This document shows, piece by piece, positions 51,746 through 54,184 of a DNA stretch of 54,184 nt (position 1 is its first letter; each line of letters opens with the position of its first letter). This DNA comes from Octopus bimaculoides (Eukaryota). Below the pieces are notes generated by a model that was not told the DNA's origin, searched no databases, and saw only the letters and a list, made by a program, of their open reading frames with translations. The stretch spans positions 84,278,715 through 84,332,898 of the forward strand of contig NC_068981.1 of NCBI RefSeq assembly GCF_001194135.2, in the 5' to 3' direction. The translations under genes and the position numbers were made by a program.

Positions 51746-52299
51746 TATAAATTAATACTAAATATAACTCACAAGAACACAAGAGACGATGGTCACTCTA
51801 AGAAATCCAGTTGAACGATACGATTTAGTTTTGTAAGGAGGCGTACTGATTTAAAATCAAGCTTCGAAGACTAGATAGACTTATAATTTTATATTTATGT
51901 AGTTAATGAGACCATGGACGGCGAAATCGATATGTCATTGGAAAATAAATCAAAGGTTAATAGTTTATCACCAGCATTACGTTGTATATGACTAATACTG
52001 TTAACTCACGATTGTCATCTGAAATGAGAAAACAATATGAAATTATTCTAATGCATTCCATCCATAAATTTGTGACTTATCCCGAGTTTTGATGAAGAGT
52101 TTCTATTTTCGTTTTCTCAATATGTTGTGAATATGAAATCATTGTCCAAAAGATTCCCTTGAATGGCTTCAATCAAAAAGCAGATTTCTAGGCTGATTAT
52201 AACTCAATGGAGACAGACTTGATGAATTTAATACTAATGTGGCTAGAGTGTGCGATGCCTGGAGCAGCCCTTGGGTTTGCACACCGTCATCATCCGGGA

Positions 52300-53107
52300 C
52301 CCCACGCCTATACAGGTTTATAGAGCAGACACATAAATGTCACCACGATAAAAGCGTTCGCTTCATCACCGGGCAACGCTAGTAATATATTAATTATTGT
52401 GGTTACGATTCATTTAGTGTCAAATTAACATTGGAATAAAGTTAACTTTTGAATTACACTGCTCCATATTTTACTAAATACCAGTTATACCTCGTACATA
52501 TACGTGCATATATATGTATGTATACGTCCGTATATGTAAGTATACTGTTTATATACATGTATTTGTATTTATGTACTGGAGTATATTCCACTGATGAAGG
52601 CAGAGCATTATTATTTATGCAAAGCCAGAAATCCAGGATTTGGAATTATCTTATTTTTACTGGTTCATTTGGTCTTCGTCTTCGCTAATCATGCCATGCG
52701 GACATTTATTGTGGTTTTAGAGTCAGGATTTGACTGCTATTTTTTCAGCATGGTGGTATCTCTTGATACCCTGTATTATAATTTTAAATAATTATTACCT
52801 TTGATGGTTTTTATTCCCATGCTGACCACTTGATAAGATCAATATTTTAAATATCGACCNNNNNNNNNNNNNNNNNNNNNNNNCCCCACGCCTATACAGG
52901 TTTATAGAGCAGACACATAAATGTCACCACGATAAAAGCGTTCGCTTCATCACCGGGCAACGCTAGTAATATATTAATTATTGTGGTTACGATTCATTTA
53001 GTGTCAAATTAACATTGGAATAAAGTTAACTTTTGAATTACACTGCTCCATATTTTACTAAATACCAGTTATACCTCGTACATATACGTGCATATATATG
53101 TATGTAT
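52300..53107 (+). repeat. Apparently identical 224-bp direct repeat (52300-52523 and 52884-53107) across a 24-N gap
   Basis: Both copies run from ccccacgcctatacagg to catatatatgtatgtat; no mismatch seen by eye. Confidence 0.9.
52585..52646 (+). ncRNA. Type I hammerhead ribozyme-like motif (best preserved in window)
   Basis: ATTCCA-CTGATGA-aGGC(n22)GCCa-GAAA-TCC-a-GGA-T-T-TGGAAT: 6-bp stem I, intact CUGAUGA and GAAA boxes, stem III ATCC/GGAT with a 1-nt loop, AUU cleavage triplet. Confidence 0.65.
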
Positions 53108-54064
53108 GTATATGACTATTTGAGCCATTTTGCTATTTTTCAGTCTTCGTATCCAGTTGAAAGCAAACGTTATCGAGATTTTATTGCTTTTGTATTTCTT
53201 TGTTTTAAATATTTGTTGATGTATTGTTATTAGTAACAATATTAGTAATATTATTGATAAGGGTGACATTACCAGCGATAGCAGTAGTGGTATCGCTGAT
53301 AATACTTGTTAACCGTGTTAATTAACAGTGCAGCACTGATTAGTTAGTTTTGTGACTAAGTACCGTGATCAATGGCCAACAGATACGTGCATAAATCAGA
53401 CAGCCGCCAATCAAAATCAAATGGAGCTACTTTACAATCTGTTTTGCTAGATTTCTATCTGACAATGAAACAGGTTATTTCGTCGTCTTAATAAACGGAT
53501 TTTGTCTTCGTAGCCGTAGTCGTCAGTACCGTCAACATTGTTTATATTGCTTTTTCCTCTTGTTCCTGTTATTGTTGGTTTTCTTCTTGCTCTTGTTGTT
53601 GTAGTAGTTTGTGGCTTGTTATCGTTTGTTAAATGACTGTTTAATTGGTCTCCTCAAAGAATCAAATCTTAGGTTTCGTTTACATTGATAACTTGATAGT
53701 ATTTCCCTTCCCCTGGTCGTTGTTATTTTTGTTACTTTGAACTTTCCGTTAATATACTTTCTTCACGTGACATTCAGTTAGTTATTACCTAACAGTTTAT
53801 AATGATGTTGTTCGTTTTCTTCTTCTTGGCAGATTTTATTATAGCTGCTACTGCTGCTGCTGTTACGACTGCTTCTTTTGATATCATTGTCAATCTCTCT
53901 AATGTCTTAATTACTGTTTCGATTGATGCCATTGCACTGGTGGTTGAAGTTTTTTCTAATTAATTCTCTTATTTTCAGTCTTTTGTTTCACCTAGTGGCC
54001 AACAGAATGCAACAATTGTTTCCTGCTAGACCAGATTAATAACAGGGAATTATACATAAATACT

Positions 54065-54065
54065 T

Positions 54066-54157
<92 letters not shown>
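54065..54157. repeat. (CT)n grading into (CTCTCTAT)n
   Basis: Directly visible. Confidence 0.95.
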
Positions 54158-54184
54158 AGCAAATGATTATATATGTATATATAT

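Noticed and set aside
51780-51955. Two small candidate exons
   Set aside because: Splicing them in phase creates an immediate TAA, and the donor of the second is weak.
52230-52383. Helitron 3' end (CGGGCAACG-CTAG-T)
   Set aside because: CTAG|T is present but no subterminal hairpin or 5' TC end could be identified.

Overview
Eukaryotic, AT-rich (cephalopod, most likely Octopus; inferred from the SINE families and microsatellite load) intergenic or intronic scaffold segment. It has 16 N gaps (about 6.5 kb), most of them bordered by microsatellites. No host protein-coding gene or genuine tRNA/rRNA gene could be recognised; the long ORFs in the track are microsatellite or N-run artefacts. The window is a transposon graveyard. 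(i) At least four SINE-like families: A, a ~420-bp tRNA-headed SINE with an internal TA/CA microsatellite, in 8-9 copies; B, two heads sharing one tail; C; and D, seen as tails only. (ii) A decayed Penelope-like (probably Naiad-type) reverse transcriptase at 10030-11266. (iii) Three Tc1/mariner lineages: a mariner derivative, a full-length DD41D element and a deleted DD37D element. (iv) hAT, Tc2-like and foldback MITEs. (v) An R4/Dong-like LINE end sitting in (TAA)n. The most interesting unexplained signal is seven minimal type I hammerhead-ribozyme-like folds with self-complementary stem III. Three belong to one short microsatellite-associated element family and carry variant catalytic cores; one near-intact motif (52585-52646) lies in a possibly polymorphic insertion. 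Family names for repeats are from memory and need database confirmation.
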